From Takakia lepidozioides (Eukaryota; Plantae; Bryophyta), in assembly GCA_030704615.1 (NCBI GenBank), contig CM060731.1, positions 3,286,001-3,350,000 on the forward strand: 64,000 nt of DNA. Direction: 5' to 3'. Within the stretch, counting starts at the first letter, position 1. Each line of letters begins with the position of its first letter. Both the position numbers and the translations under genes were made by a program. Below the pieces are notes generated by a model that saw only the letters and a list, made by a program, of their open reading frames with translations, was not told the origin of the DNA and ran no database searches. Positions 13,858 to 25,879 of this stretch are shown piece by piece.

Positions 13858-14387
13858 AAATAAAGTCCCATTGTAAATACTACATTGCATATGCTCGACC
13901 TTGGCACCTGTCATCGCAACATAAATGGTTTGTGTACTGGCTCACTGTTTATATTTGTAATATTCCAAGGTTTCGGATAGGGTTATGAGAAAACGATATA
14001 TTAATTCCGTAGGAGTTACACAACAAACGTCTCCTCTCATTCAACTGTGCGACACTACCATGAGAGGCATGGATCGGAAAGTAATAGGTGCACATACGAC
14101 CTCTGAACGTTTGATACTAGATCTCTACTTAAACGTGCGGAGGTCGCATGTACACCTATTATTTTTTTATCCATGCCACTCATGGTAGTATCGCACAGTT
14201 GAATGAGATATGGAACGTTTGTTGTCTAACTCCTATGGATCCAATATATCATTTTCTTAGTACCCTGTTAGAAACATTGAAACATTCGTAGTTACAAACA
14301 GTGCCACAATACACGGCCGGTTTTGTTGAAATGACATTTGTGAGGTTCGAGCGTATGCAATTTATTATTTACAACGGAATTTTATTT
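13858..14387. repeat. Long imperfect inverted repeat (hairpin 1), ~260-bp arms, short loop
   Basis: CTCATTCAACTGTGCGACACTACCATGAG (14036) pairs with CTCATGGTAGTATCGCACAGTTGAATGAG (ends 14207); symmetry continues outwards about ~14122. Confidence 0.9.
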
Positions 14388-14470
14388 ACTCGGGGGACCG
14401 GTACTGCTATTGGAGCACAACTGATGGTGCAAGTTCTATATTGATTGGAGCTGTCACAACCAATGTCAAC

Positions 14471-14820
14471 AATCATATTTACGGTAAGGTGTTTCATGCT
14501 ATTGTTGATCCTCTAGCTGAATTCTGTAGTACTCTTTTTGTTATTCTCATGCCAACGTCCTTTGAGACTGTGATGTTCAAACGGACGTATCAGCCACCCC
14601 GGCCAGCTTGCAGGCTGCAGCCATGGCCCACCATAAATTGAATGAATTGGAGATTTTGTGTGAAGTTCCTGGTTTCATGTCCGTGGTGGCTGATATGGAA
14701 TTCGGAATATGGCAGTCGCAGTGGACCTGATGTTGTTGGCATGGGAGTAGCAAAACGATTCCTAAATAATTCAGTTACATGAACATCGGCAGTATGAAAC
14801 ACCTTGCAGTACATATGATT
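14471..14820. repeat. Second, more degenerate inverted repeat (hairpin 2)
   Basis: AATCATATTTACGGTAAGGTGTTTCATGCT (14471) vs AGTATGAAACACCTTGCAGTACATATGATT (14791-14820); TCTCATGCCAAC/GTTGGCATGGGA; ATCAGCCACC/GGTGGCTGAT. Confidence 0.8.
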
Positions 14821-17800
14821 CTTGAGATTGTTTGCACGGATTATTTGTGTTTGTGTTTTCAAGTGACGAACATTTCCGCCATGGTGCGGAAGACGTGCAT
14901 TGACCACATTAAACGGTTGATGTGATACCATTTTATAAATGTATCACATCGCATTTGTGAAAATGTATCACATGATCCGTTCCATGTGGCCTACGAGAGT
15001 CGACTAGAGGTACAAGACTAGACAAGAAGTCAAGGTCGGCGTGGCCGAATGCATGCTGGTTAAACATGAATCAAGATGATCTTTATAACAATGGACAAGA
15101 GTACAAAATACTGGAACTCGACTCGAATACTGGAATGCTGGAAACTGGGCTAGAGTACTGGAAGCTAGACTGGAGTACTGGGACTAGGAACAAGAGTAGC
15201 TTGAACTTGTGTTGGCGAGACTAAAGAGTGTCCAGTCTCACCTCCTATATATACTAGCTACTAGGAGGTTCCCTAAGAGGCTTCCCTAAAAGAGGTTTCT
15301 TGATGGAGAAGTTTCCAAGGTTAAACAAAGGTTTCTTGATATAAAAGTTTCCTTAAACAAAGGAGGTATCTTGATAGAGAAGTTTCTTTAAACAAAAGAG
15401 GTATCTTGATAGAGAAGTTTCCAAGGTTAAACAAAGGTTTCTTGATGAAAAAGTTTTCTTAAACAAATGAGGTATCTTGATGGAGAAGTTTCTTTAAACA
15501 AAAGAGGTATCTTGATGGAGAAGTTTCCTCCAAATGAAGCTTCTTGAGCATTTTCCCAAGTTACTCTCGGTAATTTGGTAAACTCCCGATAACTAATGGT
15601 AACTTATGATAAATTATGGTAAATTATGATAACTTTTGGTAACTTGGTAATTTCTGGTATTTACTCCTGATAAGTTTCTCTAGGCTATGTTCATGACATC
15701 ACCCCCTCTTCTAGCGCCGAGTTCCTCGAGGAGCGGTAAAATCTTGGACTTGCTTAGAGGTGGGGAACCTCTTTCCTTAGTGTGTATCAGATACACTGAA
15801 TGTGGAGTCTTCACCTCGAAGCTAACTTGGCTGACATCATCGTTGTGACGTCTTATTGACGTGTAGCTCGGGGCTTAGCTGGATATCGTTGATGAAACTC
15901 TTGGACTTTGTCAAATGCATTGGCAAGGTTGGATGAAGGTTCTTACGTTCGTTCGCTGATGTCGTAGCCTTTCCAATGTACGAAATACTCAAGACGTTTA
16001 TACTTGATGCGAGACTCTAGGACTTCATCGACTTCATACTCGATTTTCTGATTGATTTCGATTGGTGGAGGTGGTACGGAAACTCTCCCTGGAATATTTG
16101 ATGGATGATACAACTCCAATAATGAAACATGAAAGATTGGATGGATGCGCATACTTCATGGGAGTTTGAGCCGAAAACTGACCGGATTTATTTGTCGAAT
16201 AATTTTGAATGGTCCCAGGCGTTGATAATCCAACTTCTTTGATGGTCGCGAGGTTTGTATATCCCGTCGAAGAAGCCATACACGATATCCGACCTTGAAC
16301 TGGGGCTGGAGTTGGCGATGTTGATCTGCATACTCATTGTATTGTTTTTGAGCTTCTGCGAGGTGGAATGTAAGCTCCTTGTGAATCGTAGCAAGATGAG
16401 TAGCAAGGCTTTCTACAACAGGACTTCCAACAGTTTTCATGTGGAAAATGTTTGCTCGAGGATGATGACCATAATTGGAGAAAAATGAAGTTTGCTTGGT
16501 CGAAGAATGTATAGTGTTGTTGTAGGCAAACTCAGCCAATGACAGAAGGTCCGTCCAATTATCTTGGTGATAATTTATCGTACAGCGAAGATACTGCTTC
16601 TGGTTTACACGTTCGGTTTGACCATCAGTCTGTGGATGATTAGCTGTAGAGAGATTGATCTTAGTATCCAATATGTGAAATAATCCCCTTCAGAAATTTG
16701 ATATGAACTGTGGTCCTCGATCAGATACGATGTCCTTCGGGAGTCCATGAATGCAGTAGATATTATTGAGGAAGAGTCTTGCAGTTTCCTCGCCGTTAAC
16801 CGTTTTATTACATGGAATGAAATGTGTCATCTTTGTAAAACGATCTACAATAACAATGATTGAATCGGTGGTCTTGGAAATCAGAAGGTCCGTAATAAAG
16901 TCCATAGACACAGACGACCATGGACCATTGAGAATGGGTAATGGTTGAAGAAGGCCGTAAGGTCGATGTCGTGGTCTCTTCGCTCTAACACACGTGTCGC
17001 AAGATCTTATAAATTCTTTCACGAGTTTCCACATCTGCGGCCACCAATAGTCCTTGGATCAATTCCATTGTTTTGTTGAAGCCGAAATGTCATGCAGCCG
17101 GAAGATCATGACATGTTTGAAGAATTCGCAGTTGTGTAGGTCCTGGAGGTACACAGAGAAGTCCCTTGAAATAAAATAAGTCATCTTTGAATTCGAAGTC
17201 GTTTGTAACATGTGGGTTGTCTCGAGGTTGATTTAGTTGACTTCGTAGTGTCGTAGCAAATTGGTCGCTCTTCAGTGCTTTCTGAATATTTTTTATGATC
17301 TCTGCATTGTCATAGATGGACATGGATAGCATATTCAATTGGAGATTTGCTAGTTTCAAGATGATGGATTTCTGTTGGTCAAAAGCTGCATCCCCTTCTT
17401 TTGGCGCAAGATACGATCATCGAGAAAGAACATTTGGTTTTCCTTGAAGATGTCCGGGACGGTAGGTAATAACAAAATCAAACCTTCCTAGTGACATACT
17501 CCATCTCGCTTGACGTCGATTCAAAACACGAACACACATACTCGAGGTTTTTGTTATCGGTATAAACAATGACCTGATGTTTAGCTCCCTCCAATAGATG
17601 ATGTCACTCCTCAAAAGCACCGATAATCGCTAGAAGTTCTTTGTCATGGATTTCATAATTGATCTCCGCAGCGGAAAATTTGTGAAAACGAAAACCAACA
17701 GGGTGGAGTCGGCCATCTGTACCGTATTGAGAGAGTACCGCGTCAAGTGCAAAGTCCAATGCATCTGCTTCAAAAAAGAATGGTTTAGATGGGTCTGCAT

Positions 17801-20800
17801 GTACCGGTATTGGAGCCGTTGTAAATGTCTGCTTCAACATTTTAAATGTTTGGTCAGCCTTCTCGTCCCATACAAATTTGTCTTTCCATGTGAGTCGTGT
17901 CAATGGTGCAGCAATTTTGGAGTAGTCCTTGATGAAAATTCTATAGAAATTTGCAAATCCCAGAAAATATTGTATATCTCGGACCGAAGTTGGTTTAATC
18001 CACTCGATGACGGTTTGTATTTTCTTCTGATCCATAAAGACGCCTTTGTCGAAAATAATGTAGCCCATAAATTCGACCTCAGATTGATGGAAAAGATATT
18101 TTTCCAACTTGGCATATAGTCTTTTTCTCTTAATTTATCAAGGACAAGGCGTACATGGTGACCATGTTCTTCTTCATTCTGTGAAAATATCAAAATGTCG
18201 TCCAAATAGATGACTACAAAGTCATCTAAAAATTCTCGAAAGATGTTATTCATTATATGTTGGAAAATTGCTGGAGCATTTGTAAGACCGAAAGGCATAA
18301 CACTGTATTCAAAATGTCCATACCTTGTTGGAAAAGCTGTTTTCCATTCGTCTCCTTCTTGTATCCGTACAAGGTTATAAGCTCATCTCAAGTCAATTTT
18401 GGTGAAAATTTTCGCTGGTCTCAGTTGGTCGAGAAGCCCATAAATCAGCGGCAACGGATATTGATTCTTAATTGTGACTTTGTTGAGACCGCGATAGTCC
18501 ACACACATGCGTAATGATCCGTCATTTTTTTTCACAAACAAGATAGACGCCCCTGCAGGTGATTTTGAATGTCGGATGAAGTTCTTCGACAAATTTTCAT
18601 CAATGTACTCACGTAATGCAGCCAACTCCGTCTGGGATAAGTTATAGATTGGGCCGAATGGTGGTTGGGCTCCTTCTTGTAACTCAATTGCACAGTTATA
18701 AGGTCAATGTTCTGGCAATATGTCTGCATTTTTCTTTTCGAAGACATCCTTGAAATCTTGATATTGAGTGGGTAATGTCGAAATACCTTTGTTTGTTGTG
18801 GTCTTGATCGGAGTCGCATAAAGTGCAAATACCGCATCTTTTTTGGTAACTCTCATGAAAGCTGTAGCTCCAAGGAACAGGGGTTGAATATCTTTGATAT
18901 TTCTACATTTTTGTCTTGTAGAAATTTTTCGTGATCGCCAGTTGATGTCAGGATTGTGAAGTATGAACCAGGGAAGTCCAAGGATCACAGGATTCGTTGG
19001 AGACTGGATGATGTTGAAAACAATATGTGATGTTTGATCTTCAAGCTTCACTTCAAGTGGTCGAGTTTCATGGTCAACATTTCCTGATGCTAACGGTCGT
19101 CCATCGATGACTTCAACGGGGACTAAGAGTTTCTTTTTTACGAGCGTTAAATTGTGTTGCTTCGCAAAGTTTTTGTCAATAAAACATGTTGAAGCCCCTG
19201 AGTCCAAAAATGTTTCTACAGAGATATCTCGATTTTGCACTCTGTTTTTTACCGGAACTGTGAAGCAAGGTGCAGGGTCTGGAGGTAGAAAGAGACATTT
19301 TTTTTTTGAGGAATTTGTGGTGTCCAGCCACATGGTCCCTACTGTGACTGAACATCTTCGTTTTCCGACCTCCTCATATCGAATACTTGAGTTGCGCCCT
19401 GAGCTTGAATCTTCTCTTGTTGGGGCAGTTTAATGTTATGTGATCTTCTTCTCCGCAATATAGGCATAATCCATTCGAGTGTCGTCTTTGTTTTTCTTGT
19501 GGCATCAATGGCTTGAATCGGACAATATCAATATGTATAGGATCAGTACCGGATGTCTGATGGATCGTTGTGTTTGGTGCTGTAGTAGCAGCGGCATGAT
19601 GCATCGTCGACCATCCAGATCGCTTCTCTTGACGTCTTTCGAACAAACGATTATCACATGCAATGACTTGGGTGATGAATTCGCTTAGTGTGCTCACGTT
19701 TGGCATTGTCAGCAACAAATCTTTTACATCCTCTTTTAGCCAACATCGAAACTGACTAATGAGGCTCTTCTCATTCCAGTCAAGGTCGCATGCAAGTTGT
19801 CGAAATTCAGCAGCATAAACGGAAGCAGGACGTGCTCATTGTCGAAGATTTTGCATCTTTGTCCCTGCAACTCTCTCTCTATCATTTTCTCCAAACGTTG
19901 CAATGAAATCGGACATGAATGTTTCAAAATTGTATAGTAAATGCGAATTTCTTTTCTTATAGCGGTGCAAACCAAGATATGGCAGTGCCTGATAGAAGGG
20001 TGCCCACGAATCCCACTTGAATACCTTCATCGGGGTAGCGTTGTGGACGTAGTTGTAGGAACAGTCGTATTTGTTGAACAAAACCGCGAAATCTTGATCT
20101 TGTTCCATCAAATTTCTCAAGCATGCTGATCTTTGGTTCTCTTCTAATCTGTTGAAGAGGAACCGTTGCAGTAGGAGCTGTTGCAGTAAAGACTCGTATG
20201 GTTGAAGATCCATTGTTCGACTCCTTTAACTCTGAAATTTGTTGTTGCAAATTGTGGAGAGCGTTGCCAAGATCTTGAGACTGATCAGCTTGTAATTGGG
20301 CGGTAGAGGTACGAAGTTCTTGCATCTGGAGCTGAAGACTCTGCAATGTGACGACCATTTCCGCAAATGTGTCTTCCATCTTAATTAACTAAGGAACAAA
20401 CTTAAGTCTCGCCAAACTGTCAAAGACGAGAACATGAATGAACACAAACAAGATATCAGACTAGAGGTACAAGACTAGACAAGAAGTCAAGGTCGGCGTG
20501 GCCAAATGCATGATGGTTAAACATGAATCAAGATGATATTTATAACAATGGACAAGAGTACAAGATACTGGAACTCGACTCGAATACTGAAATGCTGGAA
20601 ACTGGACTGGGGTACCAGATACTGGAAATTGGGCTAGAGTACTGGAAGCTGGACTGGAGTACTGGGACTGAGAACAATAGTAGCTTGAACTTGTGTTGGC
20701 GAGACTGAAGAGTGTCCAGTCTCGCCTCCTATATATACTGGCTACTAGGAGGTTCCCTAAGAGGCTTTCCTAAAAGAGGTTTTTTTATGAAGAAATTTCC

Positions 20801-21001
20801 AAGGTTAAACAAAGGTTTCTTGATGGAAAAGTTTCCTTAAACAAAAGAGGTATCTTGATGGAGAAGTTTCCTCCAAAGGAAGCTTCCTGAGCACTTTCCC
20901 AAGTTACTGTCGGTAATTTGGTAAACTCCCGGTAACTAATGGTAACTTATGATAAATCATGGTAAATCATGGTAGATCACGATAACTTTTGATAACTTGG
21001 G

Positions 21002-21427
21002 AATTACCGAGAATTTACCAAATTACCGAGAGTAACTTAGGAAATTGCTCATGAAGCTTCTTTTGGAGGAAACTTCTCCATCAAGAAACCTCCTTTGGGG
21101 AAGTCTCTTAGGAAACCTCCTAGTAGCCAGTATATATAGGAGGCGAGACTTGACACTCTTCAGTCTCGCCAACACAAGTTCAAGCTACTCTTGTTTCCAG
21201 TCCCAGTACTCCAGTCCAGCTTCCAGTACTCTAGTCCAGTTTCCAACATTCCAGTATCCAAGTCAAGTTCCAGTATCTTGTACTCTTGTCCATTGTTATA
21301 AAGATCATCTTGATTCATACCCATCATGCATTCGGCCACGGCGCCACGCCGATCTTGACTTCTTGTCTAGTCTTGTACCTTTAGTCTGATCTCTTGTTTG
21401 TGTTCAGTCATGCTCTCGTCCTTGACA
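21002..21427 (+). mobile_element. 3' LTR (5'-truncated) of chromovirus B1
   Basis: Same orientation and sequence as 9620-10108; ends TTGACA followed by CCACG (TSD) and not by a PBS. Confidence 0.85.
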
Positions 21428-22690
21428 CCACGTAGACTAAGGAATGAATTTTTAGCTATGACATCTTTTTATGCACGAGATTGTCCACGTAGGAGAATTT
21501 GCATAGAATCGTGCACCTCTACAGTAACCTCTGTCAGCCATTCGTCGTTGAATTTGTCCCCATGGACAATACACATATTATGTAAAATGAGACACACTCC
21601 AATAATTTCAGGGTCTAACTTGAGATTCACATCTAACATTTTCAGTAATATTTTCCACCGTTCCTTTAATAGACCAAAAGCTCTTTCTATGCACATCTCT
21701 GTATGAAGTTCCAATTGTAATGTTCTATGGAAAGACCATCATTGTGACCTTTGAATGGTGGAAACATCCATGGACGTGCGGGATAAGTTAAGCATCCCCA
21801 ATCAAAGCAGACGGTGCTAACTTTCCAGTTTCACAAAAATTCCCAATTGTCATACGATCCCAGAGATTTGCATCATGCATTGCGGAATTGTTTTTCCATG
21901 AGCGGTGAACAGACCGGCCATGAGCATGAGCAGAAGAGAGTCGGAGAGGGAAAATTGAGAGAACCGGCGGAATTACGCACTACACCCCATAAACCCACGG
22001 GGATTGTAAGTTTATGGAATGGAGATAAATCGGCGCCGACTTACCAATTTGGCCGGGAGCTAAGTTGACACTGATTTATTATTTATTGTTTATTATTATT
22101 TTTCCTCTGGATAATCAATTTTTTTCCCTAAAATTTGGGTAATTGATACAAATCGGCGCCAATTTATCTCTTCCAGTGAAAACAAACAGCAAAATTGGGG
22201 GGATCATTCTAACTTCTTTTGTTGTTTGTTCCACGGAAATAGATACAGTGCTTATTACCGCAGGGCCATATTGTCCCCGACTTTCCCTCTTTTTCCTACA
22301 AGTCGACGGCGACTACCCAGACTTTAACGCATTACCTTCTCAAAATTCTAGCACCGTTTTCCCTCAAATTTCATTCAAATCAAGTCAAAGTCCGCCGAAA
22401 ACCGGAGAAATGCCCTTGCTCATGCCCTTGCTCATGCTTACTTCTACTCATGCTTATGCTTATCTGTGTTCATGGCTCATGGAGTTTACACACCCATGCA
22501 TTGAACCAGCCCAATCTATGTTATAGTCCCAAAATATATACTTAATTGTAACTACTCCCTGAAGTAAAACTGAATGAAAACCCTTGCGATTGTAATAGTC
22601 CGCAGCATGAAGATGAGGGGAGGTGATAGGAATGTAAGAGCCATCCACTGCTCTAACTACATATGGTCTTGGAACTGACGACGATTGAAG
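21428..22690 (-). pseudogene. PIF/Harbinger (DDE_Tnp_4-type) transposase fragment
   Basis: AVDGSYIPI..YYNRKGFHSVLLQGVV..WAGSMHDA..LIGDA..IERAFGLLKERWKIL..CLILHNMC. Confidence 0.9.
21883..22494. mobile_element. Non-autonomous Mutator-type element / MITE
   Basis: 9-bp TSD CATGCATTG at 21874-21882 and 22495-22503; ~55-bp imperfect TIRs (TCCATGAGC..CATGAGCAGAAG); removal restores Harbinger GSMHDA. Confidence 0.85.
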
Positions 22691-23228
22691 GAACCCAGTA
22701 GATTTTGATTCATGAAGCATTGGACTCTCTCGTATGCTCACAACGCTCATGGAGGATGCCTCCGAAGAGTTTCTACAACATGAAAAGCCAAAACTAGGGA
22801 AGAAATGCTCTGATGATGCAATAGAATCTGAGCTTCTTGTAGGTAAGAGCTCACTTCACACATTATGTACATGGCTATGCATGGCATATGAGGGCAACAA
22901 TCAGGGTGGATTCTTCTACAAACGGTGATGTGTTCAAACCTTTATGCTAGAAGAACCGCCTTATTTTTTAATAGGTTGACAATTTGGATGAATAAATTCA
23001 CAGCAAATGAAAAAGGTGGCCGCGGAGGGGATGAAGGGTGGCCGCGGAGGAGGATGTTACAAAAAGAGGTAGCGGAAATGCGTTAAAATAGACTGAAAAT
23101 GTCTGTTTTTCATTTTTTGGGATGAAAAGGACACGTGTCAGCAAGTTTAGGACTAAAATTTATAATTTACATTTATAAAAATTAAAAATTTATTATTTTT
23201 ATTTATTTATTTATTTATTTAAATATAT

Positions 23229-23259
<31 letters not shown>

Positions 23260-23456
23260 CCAGGAAGAAGTTAGAGTCTATACACATTATACACTTTGGG
23301 TTGTTGATTAGATAAACAAGCTTAAAGTTCACAACTATGCGATCTCAGGTTCAAACCACCTCACATTAATTTTATATGATGTTAAATTTCTCATAGCGCT
23401 CTTAGGTTATTCCTTTCATTATCTTTTGTCTCTCTCTTTCCTCCATCTAGGGTTTC

Positions 23457-24803
23457 ATGTGCGGCGCACTTATGTTCAAGTTTGAAATTGCTTCTGCACA
23501 TGCTGTCACCACCGGCCCTGCTTTCAACTCTTCCACGGTTTGTCTTTCATGTATTGATGCACATTTAAAGCTCTATCAACTTGCAGAGCTTGTATTGTTC
23601 CTACTTGCACTGTGATTTGACAGATCGCCTTGGGTTCACCAGCGTTAGTGTTACAATCTCAGGCTCTTTTGTCCCTGCTTATTCTGACAAGTTCAACAAG
23701 AGCTCTTGTGTGCGTCTGGAGAACTTTTCAGTGCGTCCTAAGTTGAAGTTTGAAAAGGGGGATCTGATGTACTGCCTGAAGATCACCTCAGCTACTGTTG
23801 TGCAGGTCATCCTACCGTTTCACAATCCTCCGGTACTGAATTTCTTGCACAAAGATACCATCAGTGCCTTCTCCAAGCGCTTCCATGAGAAGTTTGAAAC
23901 AGCTACCATTGTTGTGGTTGTCATTGGAGTCCGTGGTCAGGTGGAGCAACGATTTGAACTGACTGTTGCAGATGGAGCATCTGAATTGGATGTCCAGATT
24001 GTAAGTAAATTCATATCATGTCTTGGTTGCTTACTTTTATTTCTGGTTTTTCTTGTTTCTTGCTATGTATCTAATATCTAGATACATGCTATTGATACAG
24101 GTGAGTTTCTTGCCAGCATTCCATGCTGAATATGAGCGCCTAGTGTAGCAGTTCCGAAGAGGGGAACCTACTTATGCCATGTTTAAGAACATTGGAGCGA
24201 CTCAAAATGGCGATGTGCGGCTGCTCACCCTTCCATGTACCATCTTTGCTCCGGTTCTTGATGATGATGCACGAGCCAATTTGCAGCGGGTGCACAATGC
24301 TCATACAGCCCATGGAGGCCATAGAATAGCAACTCAGGTAAAATTTTATTTTTCTCTATGTCTTTCTTTCATTTCCGTACTCTTTCATGTCTATTATATA
24401 GGTTTAATTTTTTCTCTTTGCTGTTTTTCAAGTCACAAGGATTTTCCATATCAAGTCACCTTCAACTCCCCCTTTCAAGTGTGTTTGTGCTGCTTGCGGG
24501 CTTGAAGACATAGCACGTCAAGACGACGGCATTTTTTACTGAAATGCTTGCAAAACGGCTGGCCATTATGCACTTCAGGTGTACATAATTGGTAGTGTGC
24601 AGGGTGTGGATGGGGTTGTTCAGGTCCATGTCAATTCGGACTGGGTAGAAACGATAGTAGGAATGAATGAACAGGATCTGAAGGCTATTCATAGGGCCGA
24701 TAGGCTATCCGTCATCAAGGCCCTCTCCAATGTCCGTCATGTGGGGCATTTCTCTTTGAATCTTGTGGGAGACTTAGTTGGTTTCGAAGAGCATGCTGTT
24801 TGA
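23457..24803 (+). pseudogene. RPA70-like multi-OB-fold ssDNA-binding protein, intron-containing
   Basis: OB-like CDLTDRLG..VRLENFSV; GT-AG intron 24001-24100; C-terminal zinc ribbon CAAC..FY*NAC in frame with ORF 24579-24803. Confidence 0.65.
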
Positions 24804-25879
24804 TTTCTATTTTGCATTCAAGAGCATAACATAGCATAGCATAGTATAATCTTGTCTTGCCTTGCTTTGTTTTGCTTGGCTTTCACTTGCTTTCTGGTTT
24901 TCCAGGACAGTATTTGGCTTTACAAGCTTCTCATGTTGTTGTCCACACAACATATTTAGATTTTACAAATCCATTTTTTTTTATGTGTGTTTTGTTTTAA
25001 TACATGTGTTTCAAGAAGGAAACAAATGTGTAATCCATGTGAATCAGTTATCAGTTTTCAGACTTTTGGTTTTCAGCAAGTCCTTTAGCTAGTCCCTTGG
25101 ATTATTCAGTAAAGTTTCTCAGCGAGTTCATAAGCAAGACCTTCATCTTGGTTTTATATACTAAATAATAAATCCTCAATAAATTCTATTTTCTTAATAT
25201 TGTTGAGAGCATATTAAACATATTCACTTCATAGTACCATTATTCTACTCATTATTTTCTTAGTTTCTTAGAGAGATATTCTAGAGTCTTATCAGGTATA
25301 CTAATTAAATTACATAAATAAATTAATATTTCAAACTTACTCAGGATTTTTAAATTTAATTAAATATTTAAAATTTACAGTTCTACATTTTAACAATGGA
25401 AGGTTTTACATGTTACGGTTTCAGAGTGTCTACAAGTTTAATTAGGGATATTCCAGGTTTTCCAATGTATATTAAGGTTTTATACATTTAAGCTTTTACA
25501 AATTAAACTAAAAACAAGGAATTTAGGGCTTCATGATATTTTAGGATTTCTACAATTTATTAGGGATACCTGTTACATTGCCGTTTACATAATAGGGTTT
25601 CAAACAGTCTACAAATGAAATTAGGGATATTTCAGGGTTTTTCAGTTCAATTAGGGTTTTCTATATTTAAGTTTTATTTATTTATTTTAATAATAATAAT
25701 AATAATAATAACAGGGAACTTACGGCTTCACGATATTTTAGGGTTTCTAACTTTTAAAATTCACTTCTATCTATATGTTTATGATACTTCAAGTTTATTC
25801 TTGAATAAATTTATTTGTAGTTAATCTAATACTAATATTAATCTAAGATATTAGAACCCTAATTTTCAATATTGTAAAC

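Larger units (their letters stand above)
13194..21000 (-). mobile_element. Near full-length Tcn1-like chromovirus B2 (LTR-gag-PR-RT-RH-INT-chromodomain-LTR), decayed, inserted antisense in B1
   Basis: LTRs 20418-21000 and 13194-13228+15003-15698; PBS-position TTGGCGAGACT; PPT 15699-15710; integrase SMDFITDL/IVSDRGPQF/QTDGQTERVN; chromodomain EYEVDEVL..YFVHWKGY. Confidence 0.92.

Noticed and set aside
14441-14931. Similar peptides on opposite strands (14441-14641 +, 14590-14931 -) as a gene pair
   Set aside because: Artefact of hairpin 2 symmetry
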